From positions 1 through 54,286 of IMG/VR virus record IMGVR_UViG_3300045003_000043: a DNA stretch of 54,286 bases. One strand, 5' to 3'. Both the position numbers and the translations under genes were made by a program. Positions 46,765 through 54,286 of the stretch are shown here, one piece after another. The stretch comes from a virus. Lineage: Duplodnaviria; Caudoviricetes. Position 1 is the first letter of the stretch. Every line of letters starts with the position of its first letter. Below the pieces are notes generated by a model that worked only from the letters and a program-made list of their open reading frames with translations, ran no database searches and was not told the origin of the DNA.

Positions 46765-46796
46765 GGATACGCAAACCAGTCCGCGCACGGACCTGT
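46765..46796. repeat. 32-bp repeat family B, copy 2 (inverted)
   Basis: GGATACGCAAACCAGTCCGCGCACGGACCTGT. Confidence 0.9.
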
Positions 46797-46809
46797 TTTT
46801 AAGATACAC

Positions 46810-47205
46810 CTCTCCCGTTTTTCTCCCTTTAGCATCTTTACCCAGATGGTAGATTCTGTGGGAGTGAGCCGTTCATCGTAGTTCCAGCCAGACGCTTTAG
46901 CGGTTTCTTTTTAGATGCATTTTGGGACCGGGTTAGAAAACGGGGGAAACCATTGCCCGGTAACAACTGCGTTTCAGCAGAGAAACCTTTACGATCTGAC
47001 TTCGCTTGCTCCTATTCCATATTAGGAGAGCTGGGTACCAGGCCCCTTTGGGCCTTCGCTCCTTATTGGCAACGCGGCTTGCATTTATCCTGGAACACAC
47101 CCCGTCAGGGGGGAACTCGACTGCTTGTTTTGCTGGATGGAACGGCTCCTGTAATCGCCAGCGTCTCAGGGGAGCGACTCCATGCCTGAGCGATATTTCT
47201 AAAAC
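46810..47205 (-). ncRNA. Candidate large structured non-coding RNA (~400 nt)
   Basis: Promoter upstream, no credible ORF, more than ten mutually compatible helices plus two pseudoknots found by hand. Confidence 0.65.
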
Positions 47206-47213
47206 TAATTTCG

Positions 47214-47246
47214 TTGACAATAATTCGACTTATATTATTCTGTCAA
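47214..47246. promoter_or_regulatory. Overlapping oppositely oriented sigma70 promoters
   Basis: Plus TTGACA-16-TATTCT; minus TTGACA-18-TATTGT. Confidence 0.65.
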
Positions 47247-47274
47247 TGGGCGGTCCCCTTTAATCATTTACCCG

Positions 47275-47333
47275 CCTAAAAAAGACTTGAGTGCCTCGTA
47301 TGCTTCGCCGCGTCGAGGCATTCGTCTTTTAGG
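47275..47333 (-). terminator. Long hairpin terminator after terL (possibly bidirectional)
   Basis: CCTAAAA..GAC..GAGTGCCTCG / CGAGGCATTC GTC TTTTAGG. Confidence 0.75.
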
Positions 47334-47337
47334 GAAG

Positions 47338-47356
47338 ATATGACAACCTGTCATAT
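47338..47356. promoter_or_regulatory. Palindrome family A, copy 5, between terL stop and terminator
   Basis: ATATGACAACCTGTCATAT. Confidence 0.8.
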
Positions 47357-47359
47357 GGA

Positions 47360-49513
47360 CTAGTCTAGGTAGACGAGTCGTTCGCACCATACATCATCGT
47401 GGCTCTCTTCCCTCTTCGAAGGACGGCCCTTCTTCTCCAGTCGAAGTGCGGTGTTGTCGAGGTCATGATTTGTCGTCCAGCACATGGCATTGGAAAAGAT
47501 GTTGTCATCAAAGGATCCGTTAGCATGCTCCATCTTTGCCATGCTGTCTGAAGTCTTGCCTTTGCGTACAAACGAGGCTAGCTGCCGGATGACGATAGGA
47601 TCGTTGAGGATAAGCCATCCATTCGTCACGGCATCAACGAATCGTTCTAAAAGAATCGATCTCGACCAAGAAGTTGTTCTCCAGCCTTCCTTAGTGGCCT
47701 TGCTTGGATCGATGTTTCCTTTGGAGTCATAGTGATGCATGGGGTGATGATCGTGAAATCCCATGATCTTGAGCTGGTGCTGGCACTCGTCACCAGGCTT
47801 GCGTACCTGCTCGATCACGAATCTAACAATCATAGGATTTGAGGAGGTCACATTACCTCGTCCGTCTGTTCCGAATAGAACCGCTACACAAGCGGCAATA
47901 CGCGCCATCTGTGGGCTGTTGACGCGGATGGAAGTGAATGATGCTACCTGAACATCAGATGTACTGGGATCGTTCTTTCGGTGAACCGAGAGCGATGCTC
48001 TTTCCTCGTTAGGGGTGTTGAGTCCGTAGGCTGTATCAATCGCAACTGAGTACTCTGCTCCCTCCTCGGGAGGCTGGAATATCAGAAGCTTGTCAAAGCA
48101 GTTCTCGTCCTTGGAGTCATCGAATGACTTGAGAGGGATAAGTTCCCACTCGTACGAGTTACCATCAAACGACTCCCACCACAGACGTATCCTGGGTTCG
48201 GATATATCGGTTTGATCAGGATGAGGCTGATATGGTTTGTTGTCGTTACCGATCAGGATGGTGCGACCGGTGATTGCATAAGCCTTGTAGTTCTTCTCCC
48301 TCTCCTTCGTGGTGACGGTGATGGTTTCTTGTGAGAAGACGGGGGTGTCCTTGCTTTGGAAAGCATCCTCGGGGGTTGGGGCGTACTGGGCAAGGAACTC
48401 GCGCTCAGAGTGGCTGGCGACGGCCTCCTTGTACATGCAGTCCCAGTAGTACATGAACTCAAGGTCCATCTCCCATCGTTGACCAAGGACTTTCCAGAGG
48501 TAGTCGGTAGACCGGACGAAGAGCTCTGCCCTCCGGCGCATCCTCCTCGTCTCTTCAGAAGGAGTCCAGTTGGCCGGAATAGGGTTGGCCCTGATCCAGT
48601 CATCGGGAGGATACAAGTCTCTGGCGCACGACGGGGGAATGAAGAAGGGACGGAACCTACCTCCCTTGCCTTGGTTGGCGGAGTAGAACTCCCACTTCTC
48701 CTTCTGCCAGGTCGTAGCCATAGACCCTGTCCCTTCCAGAACGAGGAACAGGCTGCGTGTCTGATGGCAGGCCGGGAAAAGTCCCTCCTCAAGAACCCTC
48801 TTCGGATTTTTGTAGTCTCCGATCTCGGATATATGGATACAAGTAGGAGTGGTTCCTTGGGCGATACCTACTTCCTGCGTACCAGACTGGATCGACAGGA
48901 GGGAGCCGTTCGACCATCGTGGTTCCTTCGCCTTGAGGATGGTCTTTGGAGGGGGAAGCCAGAAAGGAAGCCTCGTCCACGCCGTTTCGATCATGGCACC
49001 GAGTTTTTCCGACTGCTGGGCCTGGACGGAGGCCATGACAGCGTAGGTGTTCGACCGGAAAAGAATGCGGTGAAGGAAGAACATCGCCACGGATGTGGAT
49101 ACACCGAGCTGACGGCACTTCAGGATGAAGAACTGGATGGCGATCTGCAGGTCATCGCATTCCGCCAAGGCGTTCAGAAAGATGCGCTGTGACAGCCTGA
49201 ACTGAAACGCGATGATTCGCTCATCGGCGGTCCTGATCTTCGCATACCGGGTCACAAAATACTCTGCCGAAGCGAAGCAGCAGAACTGCTCATTATCGAT
49301 CCAGCGTTTTATCCACTGGACACGCTTTTCTGAAGGAGCCTTCCCATTCTTCCAGTAGATGGACCGGCTGCGAGAGTTCTCGCTGATGTCAACGATGCTT
49401 TCGATGTACTGGTTGAACTCGTCGACCTCGTCAACGGTATGAAACTCAGGCATCCACCCGTTGCGCCGCGCGAAGTCATCCAGTGTGGCCGCTACAACCT
49501 TCTCCGAGTACAT
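47360..49513 (-). CDS. terL: Terminase large subunit
   Basis: ILKCRQLGVST, IHISEIG, VLEGT, YSVAIDTA, FDDNIFS. Confidence 0.95.
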   Translation of the reverse strand: MYSEKVVAATLDDFARRNGWMPEFHTVDEVDEFNQYIESIVDISENSRSRSIYWKNGKAPSEKRVQWIKRWIDNEQFCCFASAEYFVTRYAKIRTADERIIAFQFRLSQRIFLNALAECDDLQIAIQFFILKCRQLGVSTSVAMFFLHRILFRSNTYAVMASVQAQQSEKLGAMIETAWTRLPFWLPPPKTILKAKEPRWSNGSLLSIQSGTQEVGIAQGTTPTCIHISEIGDYKNPKRVLEEGLFPACHQTRSLFLVLEGTGSMATTWQKEKWEFYSANQGKGGRFRPFFIPPSCARDLYPPDDWIRANPIPANWTPSEETRRMRRRAELFVRSTDYLWKVLGQRWEMDLEFMYYWDCMYKEAVASHSEREFLAQYAPTPEDAFQSKDTPVFSQETITVTTKEREKNYKAYAITGRTILIGNDNKPYQPHPDQTDISEPRIRLWWESFDGNSYEWELIPLKSFDDSKDENCFDKLLIFQPPEEGAEYSVAIDTAYGLNTPNEERASLSVHRKNDPSTSDVQVASFTSIRVNSPQMARIAACVAVLFGTDGRGNVTSSNPMIVRFVIEQVRKPGDECQHQLKIMGFHDHHPMHHYDSKGNIDPSKATKEGWRTTSWSRSILLERFVDAVTNGWLILNDPIVIRQLASFVRKGKTSDSMAKMEHANGSFDDNIFSNAMCWTTNHDLDNTALRLEKKGRPSKREESHDDVWCERLVYLD

Positions 49514-49516
49514 GGA

Positions 49517-50266
49517 TTACTTCCCGTCCGTGATGAGTCTCCGGTTCTCCGACCATTCCTCTAACTTCCCGCTGATTGTCGGGAACGCCATCTCAAAGGC
49601 TCTGTCATCGTCCTCGCGGTCGTCGTCCTCATCGCTTCGGGAGGGTGATCCCGGTCCAAGAAGGTTGATGGCGATGTTCGATCCCTGCTTTGTCGGAAGG
49701 AACCCGATTGCCTCATGGAGAGTCTTCCGGTCCGCCATGCCAAACTTCACATCCTTGGCGCTCTGTATTGTCGCCTCAAGCACTTCAGGATGGGCCAGAA
49801 TCGCCATGAGAGCCGATTCCTGGGCCTTGAGGTTCTTGGCTGCCAGGATGATGGCTCCGAGGATTTCGAGCGGGCTCACACCGGCCTTGAGGCATACAGC
49901 CTCGATCGGAATCTGTTCGAGGTCTTTCTTCGGGATCTCTCTCCACGTATCAAGGAATCGTCGAGAGGAGTCGTTTCCGGATGCCGAAAGGTAGTTCAGG
50001 ATTGCCTGACGCGGGAGTTGTCGACCATTACCGAAGCATCGGGAGAGGATGTCGGTTATCTTCGGCATCGCCTCCAGTTCTTCGAGGTCGACTCCAAGAC
50101 GATGGAGAGCCGCAACGGAACGCTTGGGGGCGTTAGGCTTCGGGATTCGTCTCGCGGAAGCGCTTTTCGAACCGGCCGATTTGCGGTTCGAGCTGGTCGT
50201 ACTCTTCTTTTGACTGTGGCTCTGTTTGCTGTCCAACACGGTAAACTTCGGCTTCTTCGGTGCCAT
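49517..50266 (-). CDS. Putative terminase small subunit
   Basis: Directly upstream of terL; basic N-terminus; NIAINL motif near C-terminus. Confidence 0.6.
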   Translation of the reverse strand: MAPKKPKFTVLDSKQSHSQKKSTTSSNRKSAGSKSASARRIPKPNAPKRSVAALHRLGVDLEELEAMPKITDILSRCFGNGRQLPRQAILNYLSASGNDSSRRFLDTWREIPKKDLEQIPIEAVCLKAGVSPLEILGAIILAAKNLKAQESALMAILAHPEVLEATIQSAKDVKFGMADRKTLHEAIGFLPTKQGSNIAINLLGPGSPSRSDEDDDREDDDRAFEMAFPTISGKLEEWSENRRLITDGK

Positions 50267-50360
50267 CGCGCTTAGGGTACTCCGTATCCGCCCACCTCTC
50301 CGCCACTGCGGCAAAGCGTTCAAAAATTGTGAGCAGGCGATCTATCTGCTTTCCGGTCAC
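50133..50360 (-). CDS. Hypothetical protein overlapping the terS N-terminus
   Basis: AGGAG RBS, GTGA coupling. Confidence 0.55.
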   Translation of the reverse strand: MTGKQIDRLLTIFERFAAVAERWADTEYPKRDGTEEAEVYRVGQQTEPQSKEEYDQLEPQIGRFEKRFRETNPEA

Positions 50361-50827
50361 ACTTCTCTCCTACGCCTTTCGCTCCGTTGTGCAAGGCTTA
50401 TTCCCATGCCGTCGTCTTGTTTCTTCTTGACGACCTGAGGCTCTGGAACAGGTTGCTGAGTCTCGCGGCGGAAACGATCGGGGGGGGTTGGCGAGATGAA
50501 TCCTTCGATCGTTTGAGACTTTGCATCAGTAGGAATCGGAGATCCATAGCGACCAATGATGACCCCTGGAGTTGATCTACCGAAGTCGTCAAGATCGTAC
50601 TCAATCTTCCACTCTACAGAGTGTCCAGAGATAGTCACATTCCACTTTGCAGAGAACTTAGAGTAGCTTTGCCTATTGAGAGAGCACGTCTTGTTCAGGC
50701 TCAAACGGATAGCATTTCTCAGTTCCTCCGAGCACGAGGGTATGCTGTCCGCGACGCGAGAGGCTATGCCGTTCTTGATCTCATCCGATCCTAGAGGCTG
50801 AGGAATCTTTATTGCTAGTGATGCCAT
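50357..50827 (-). CDS. Hypothetical protein
   Basis: AAGGAG RBS. Confidence 0.75.
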   Translation of the reverse strand: MASLAIKIPQPLGSDEIKNGIASRVADSIPSCSEELRNAIRLSLNKTCSLNRQSYSKFSAKWNVTISGHSVEWKIEYDLDDFGRSTPGVIIGRYGSPIPTDAKSQTIEGFISPTPPDRFRRETQQPVPEPQVVKKKQDDGMGISLAQRSERRRREV

Positions 50828-51033
50828 GGTGTCTCCTTTTCAGCCTTTTCGTGACGTTTCCTTAGCTCGTGGAATCTCAGCCGCGAGGTATAGCTTGGAC
50901 GGTGTTCCCCGAGCTCTATCCCCTGAATGGTTCTGAGTGCGAGTCCAAGAGCGGTGGCAAGCTGGGTCTGGCTCATGTTATGGTCCATTCTCCAGCTCCG
51001 CCACTCTGATGCGTAATCTCTGTCCATGCGCAA
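50815..51033 (-). CDS. XRE-family HTH regulator
   Basis: WRMDHNMSQTQLATALGLALRTIQGIELGEHRP. Confidence 0.9.
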   Translation of the reverse strand: MRMDRDYASEWRSWRMDHNMSQTQLATALGLALRTIQGIELGEHRPSYTSRLRFHELRKRHEKAEKETPWHH

Positions 51034-51058
51034 ACTCTACGTTACTTGAAAATCATAG

Positions 51059-51262
51059 TCAATTATTTAGAGAAATTATCCCAGGACGCTCGATCTGAGG
51101 TTGCTCCATCCCGAGAGGAATCGAGGGAAGAACCTGACCGCAGTTGTCGCAATGGACGATACCGACGACGAGTCCCATCTGAAATCGAACGATGTGCATG
51201 TTTACCGGAATTGGTCTAACAGAACAGGCTTGGCAGCTTGGTCCTTTACTTGGTGATTCCAC
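51059..51262 (-). CDS. Zn-ribbon protein
   Basis: CQAC...CDNCG; GGAGG RBS. Confidence 0.7.
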   Translation of the reverse strand: MESPSKGPSCQACSVRPIPVNMHIVRFQMGLVVGIVHCDNCGQVLPSIPLGMEQPQIERPGIISLNN

Positions 51263-51273
51263 ATATCCTCCCA

Positions 51274-51305
51274 ACAAGTCCGTGCGCGGACTGGTTTGCG
51301 TATTC
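51274..51305. repeat. 32-bp repeat family B, copy 3
   Basis: ACAAGTCCGTGCGCGGACTGGTTTGCGTATTC. Confidence 0.9.
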
Positions 51306-51352
51306 TATCTGTACGGTATTCCTAGCTTGTGCATCACTGAATCAAGCGATAG

Positions 51353-51547
51353 TTACTCCTCCTTTATTGCTTCGCTAGGTTCTACGGTACGACCGTTAGT
51401 CCTGGCATAGATATTCATTCTTTCGTTGGATGAATTATTTTGGGTGACCTGAGAGACTGGTAGAGGGTTGAGTAGCATCCATCTGTGGCACGCCAAGGCG
51501 ATTAGTTCAAACGACCGCGCGATTCTTTCTTCTTGATCTTCGTTCAT
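51353..51547 (-). CDS. Hypothetical protein
   Basis: GAGG RBS; MNEDQEERI. Confidence 0.6.
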   Translation of the reverse strand: MNEDQEERIARSFELIALACHRWMLLNPLPVSQVTQNNSSNERMNIYARTNGRTVEPSEAIKEE

Positions 51548-51554
51548 AAAGTCC

Positions 51555-51803
51555 TCAAAAGTTGATCCGGCAGGACACGCATCGGTGCCCTGGTCCCCAG
51601 ACGATGACGTTGTTTGACTCTCCACAGCGTGTACAACAAATGGGGCGAGCAGCGGGATTCGAACCCACATCCTTCCGCTTATGAGGCGGATGCTCTGACC
51701 GTTGAGCTACGCTCGCTTGAGGGAGGTGCGTCCAGCATCGAGGGCACTTGATAGGTGCCTTCTTTCGATGCTGCCACTCCGCACCACACTTAGGACACTT
51801 CAT
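51555..51803 (-). CDS. Double Zn-ribbon ORF reading through the tRNA
   Basis: ATGA coupling to ParB-like stop; CPKC..CPRC before and CTRC..CVSC after the tRNA. Confidence 0.6.
   Translation of the reverse strand: MKCPKCGAEWQHRKKAPIKCPRCWTHLPQASVAQRSEHPPHKRKDVGSNPAARPICCTRCGESNNVIVWGPGHRCVSCRINF
51641..51716 (-). tRNA. tRNA with CAU anticodon (elongator Met or Ile2), CCA encoded
   Basis: GCGAGCG TA GCTC AACGGTCA GAGC A TCCGC CTCATAA GCGGA AGGAT GTGGG TTCGAAT CCCGC TGCTCGC C CCA. Confidence 0.92.
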
Positions 51804-52639
51804 GAGGCTACCGAATCCTTCCGCATGGATTGCCATATCCGTGCAACCCTGGTCATCTGGTCCCAGTCTGGATGGTCGGCGAGAACCAGAAGTGCGAGGG
51901 TGTCACCTACATCCATGATTGAGTAGATGGCCTTCTCTTTCTCCTTTTTGGCTTTGGTTGCCTTACCCTCACCTTTCGGCCGGTGGACCTCTGTCTTTCC
52001 CGCAGATTTCGCCTTGTCCACTTCCTGCTTGATGACTTGTCCGGCCATCAGACGCCCCTTGCGTACAGCGCTGACAGCCAGAGCAGGCGATACCTTTACT
52101 CCGTCGACTCCTTCCATGACCGCCTTCTTGACCTCCAAAGGCGCCTCGTGGAGCTCTACAGCATCCTGGACGTACTTCTTTGCTCGTTTCGGACTGGATG
52201 CGATGTGCGGAGGGGTGTACTGGGATATTTTTTCGTCGGACCATCCATACGCTCTGAGTTGAGCCGCAGCCTTACCAAACTCCAAGATAGTAGGAGGAAG
52301 GGCTCCGTTGGCAATGATGCTCTTGGCCCTTACCTCAGCCTCATCTCCCTTGACGACGATTGCGGGGATGAGAACCTCGACGCCATCCTGCCATAGCCCC
52401 ACACAGGCAGATAGACGGCATTCTCCGTCGACGAGATACACCTTGCCATCGATATATTCGACACCGATCGGCTTTTGTACTCCATGCTCACGGATTGATT
52501 CCTTGAGCCAAGCAATGTGCCGCTTTGCCTCTGGAGTGGTAACGTCACGATAGTTGTACCCATGACGCACAATGATGATGCGTGGGTCGAGTTTGGGAGC
52601 TTCTACCTTTCCCAAGGCCAAATCATTCAATCTTCCCAT
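51800..52639 (-). CDS. ParB/Srx-domain protein
   Basis: GYNYR, LKESIREHGVQKPI, LVDGECRL, AN, HTH-like GWSDEKIS. Confidence 0.9.
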   Translation of the reverse strand: MGRLNDLALGKVEAPKLDPRIIIVRHGYNYRDVTTPEAKRHIAWLKESIREHGVQKPIGVEYIDGKVYLVDGECRLSACVGLWQDGVEVLIPAIVVKGDEAEVRAKSIIANGALPPTILEFGKAAAQLRAYGWSDEKISQYTPPHIASSPKRAKKYVQDAVELHEAPLEVKKAVMEGVDGVKVSPALAVSAVRKGRLMAGQVIKQEVDKAKSAGKTEVHRPKGEGKATKAKKEKEKAIYSIMDVGDTLALLVLADHPDWDQMTRVARIWQSMRKDSVAS

Positions 52640-52838
52640 GTTGTCTCTCCAATTCTTCAAACATCTCTTTGATCGGGTACTCTTTTCCAGTGGAGTCCGG
52701 GGATGCAACGCAACGGGATATGCAAGACCAACTCCTATCATCAGGGTTTCTTGCGTATACCGTCACAATGTCCTCATCTATCGTGTTAGGAATCATGTTT
52801 ACGAAAAAACCTTTTTCAGATGTGTTCACTATGTTCAT
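52623..52838 (-). CDS. Hypothetical protein
   Basis: ATGA overlap. Confidence 0.6.
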   Translation of the reverse strand: MNIVNTSEKGFFVNMIPNTIDEDIVTVYARNPDDRSWSCISRCVASPDSTGKEYPIKEMFEELERQHGKIE

Positions 52839-53200
52839 GCGGCCATCTTCCTTTTCTGTCTCCACCTCTTTTTAGCTTCTGAGGCTGCGGCACGGCACCG
52901 GCAGCACCTTTGGAACCTCATTACCGGCACGCCGCAAACGATGCACTTCCCTTCCGCCTGCCTTGCGCGTCTCCTTCGAGCGGCTCCCAGAGCATCCTGG
53001 AGAAGAATCTCGGGAGGGGTAGGTATACCCAAATTTTTTCGCATCCAGTACAACGCTCGATTCCTTGCGTTCTCGTGCTCTGCGCACCGCTTGCACCGCT
53101 GGCGCCCGCGCATAGCCTCACGATCGTTGCACACGTAGCAAATACCCAGCTGGATTCTGGCCACGACTCTCGGCCGGTTGACAAGAGGTCTCGATCCCAT
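52835..53200 (-). CDS. Basic protein with two Cys4 clusters
   Basis: GICYVC..RCKRC; GKCIVC..RCCRC. Confidence 0.65.
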   Translation of the reverse strand: MGSRPLVNRPRVVARIQLGICYVCNDREAMRGRQRCKRCAEHENARNRALYWMRKNLGIPTPPEILLQDALGAARRRRARQAEGKCIVCGVPVMRFQRCCRCRAAASEAKKRWRQKRKMAA

Positions 53201-53395
53201 TTAGTTGACTTCCCTCACCTGAAATTTCATAAAGTCTTCGTAGATGCGCTCCGCATCCTCGATCAATAGGTCCGGATCCTGGTCCATCATCGCGTCGATC
53301 CATTGCTCCTTCGTACGTTGGTGGAATCCATATATGCGGCACTCCTGACCGGTTCCAAGGCGGACCTTGATGGAATCCTTTCGAGAGTCTCTCAT
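53201..53395 (-). CDS. Hypothetical protein
   Basis: GAGG RBS; MRDSRKD. Confidence 0.65.
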   Translation of the reverse strand: MRDSRKDSIKVRLGTGQECRIYGFHQRTKEQWIDAMMDQDPDLLIEDAERIYEDFMKFQVREVN

Positions 53396-53412
53396 CGGTT
53401 CCTCAACGCGTA

Positions 53413-53607
53413 TCAGTGAACTTTGCATGCTTCCCTCATTCCCAAGACTTCGTTCCAATGGGACTCGAACTGCTCTCGAGTCATCTCGGGAGAAACTTCC
53501 ATCAGGAGATCCCGCCAATCTTCCTTCGCGCGCTCTACCCCATCCCAACGATCAATCAGTCTCATGAGCAACGACCACCGGATAGAGTTCTGCGTGGCAT
53601 CGTCCAT
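53413..53607 (-). CDS. Hypothetical protein
   Basis: Operon packing. Confidence 0.65.
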   Translation of the reverse strand: MDDATQNSIRWSLLMRLIDRWDGVERAKEDWRDLLMEVSPEMTREQFESHWNEVLGMREACKVH

Positions 53608-53609
53608 GG

Positions 53610-53822
53610 TTAGAAGGGAATTCCTACTTCCTTGAGAACGACCGTCTCTATGTCCTTGCGCTCGGTCGCCGTGATGGCTTCGAGGACATAGAACTTACCG
53701 CCGTGCATCCGCGCCAGACGCTCCGCCTCAATGCGTGCGGAAAACTTTCTCTCGTGCCGGTAGGGACGCGGAGATGGTCCATTCGCGGCACTCATCACAA
53801 TCCAGAACTTAGCTTCTGCCAT
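53610..53822 (-). CDS. Phage hypothetical protein
   Basis: FWIV...RH....A..EAERLA.MHGGKFYVLEA; ends IPF. Confidence 0.75.
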   Translation of the reverse strand: MAEAKFWIVMSAANGPSPRPYRHERKFSARIEAERLARMHGGKFYVLEAITATERKDIETVVLKEVGIPF

Positions 53823-54048
53823 CCTTCACTTCCTCCACGTTTTCGGGGCCAATTACGTTTACTACTCGCGGGTACCGATGTCCGTAACGGTCTATGTATT
53901 GCTTCTCCTCTGCCCATAAACGAACAAGAGACGATACAGTCCAAAACTCGAATGGATCAGACGCATGGAAGGAATCGATCAACTTCCGGTATTCCTGATC
54001 GACCTCTTCATGCAGTGCAATCCTAGGGTCTTGGTAAGGGGATGCCAT
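53809..54048 (-). CDS. Hypothetical protein, first of the leftward operon
   Basis: GAGG/AGGAG RBS. Confidence 0.7.
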   Translation of the reverse strand: MASPYQDPRIALHEEVDQEYRKLIDSFHASDPFEFWTVSSLVRLWAEEKQYIDRYGHRYPRVVNVIGPENVEEVKDGRS

Positions 54049-54068
54049 CTCCTACACCTCGCCAGCAC

Positions 54069-54097
54069 ATTCCACCACCACCACCAATAAAACGCAA
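54069..54097 (-). promoter_or_regulatory. Leftward promoter
   Basis: TTGCGT-17-TGGAAT with upstream A-tracts. Confidence 0.55.
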
Positions 54098-54159
54098 CAT
54101 GTTTTTTCACTATTTTCAACTTTTTCGCAGATTGGGCTGAAAAAGCTTCATAGACATGA

Positions 54160-54286
54160 TGGGTGGGGGGTCGGGACAACCTCTCGCGATCAGGCCGGCG
54201 ACAACCACCCTGCAGGGACAGATATGACAGCCTGTCACATGCATCAGGCGTGGGAGCCCCGATAGGATCTACCATCTCAGAGCTTG
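54160..54286. repeat. Duplicate of 1..127
   Basis: Exact identity. Confidence 0.95.

Noticed and set aside
46941-47113. Resemblance to ColE1 origin words (GGGGGAAAC, CGTCAGGGGGG) on the plus strand
   Set aside because: Short low-complexity matches with different spacing and no plus-strand promoter upstream; insufficient evidence
46933-47263. ORFs 46933..47220, 46953..47189 and 47006..47263
   Set aside because: No RBS, weak starts, no protein-like motifs; region better explained as structured RNA
20661-49513. Alternative genetic code or intron-split structural genes
   Set aside because: All core genes are full length in the standard code with tight packing

Overview
A complete, circularly assembled temperate phage genome. 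Unique length is about 54,159 bp, because bases 1-127 repeat exactly at 54160-54286. The structural module looks podovirus-like (terminase, portal, scaffold, capsid, adaptor/nozzle-type tail proteins, fibres, ejection proteins, no tape measure). Other modules are a lambda-R-type lysis cassette, a tyrosine integrase, an attP matching the 3' half of an initiator tRNA-Met gene, a recombination/replication operon, a ParB-like protein, one tRNA(CAU) and many small Cys-rich ORFs. The host is a diderm bacterium with a PEP-CTERM system; Acidobacteriota is my guess only. The most unexplained feature is a ~400-nt promoter-driven non-coding segment between terminase and portal. By hand it folds into a multi-domain RNA with two pseudoknots, in a genome with no visible replication initiator or primase catalytic domain. 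Also notable: fibre-like proteins with Sec-type signal peptides and paired cysteines, three dispersed palindrome families, a tRNA in frame inside a double Zn-ribbon ORF, accessory genes flanked by interlocking direct repeats, a domesticated IS630 transposase and a phage PEP-CTERM protein. All protein calls are from motif recognition by eye; no searches were run.
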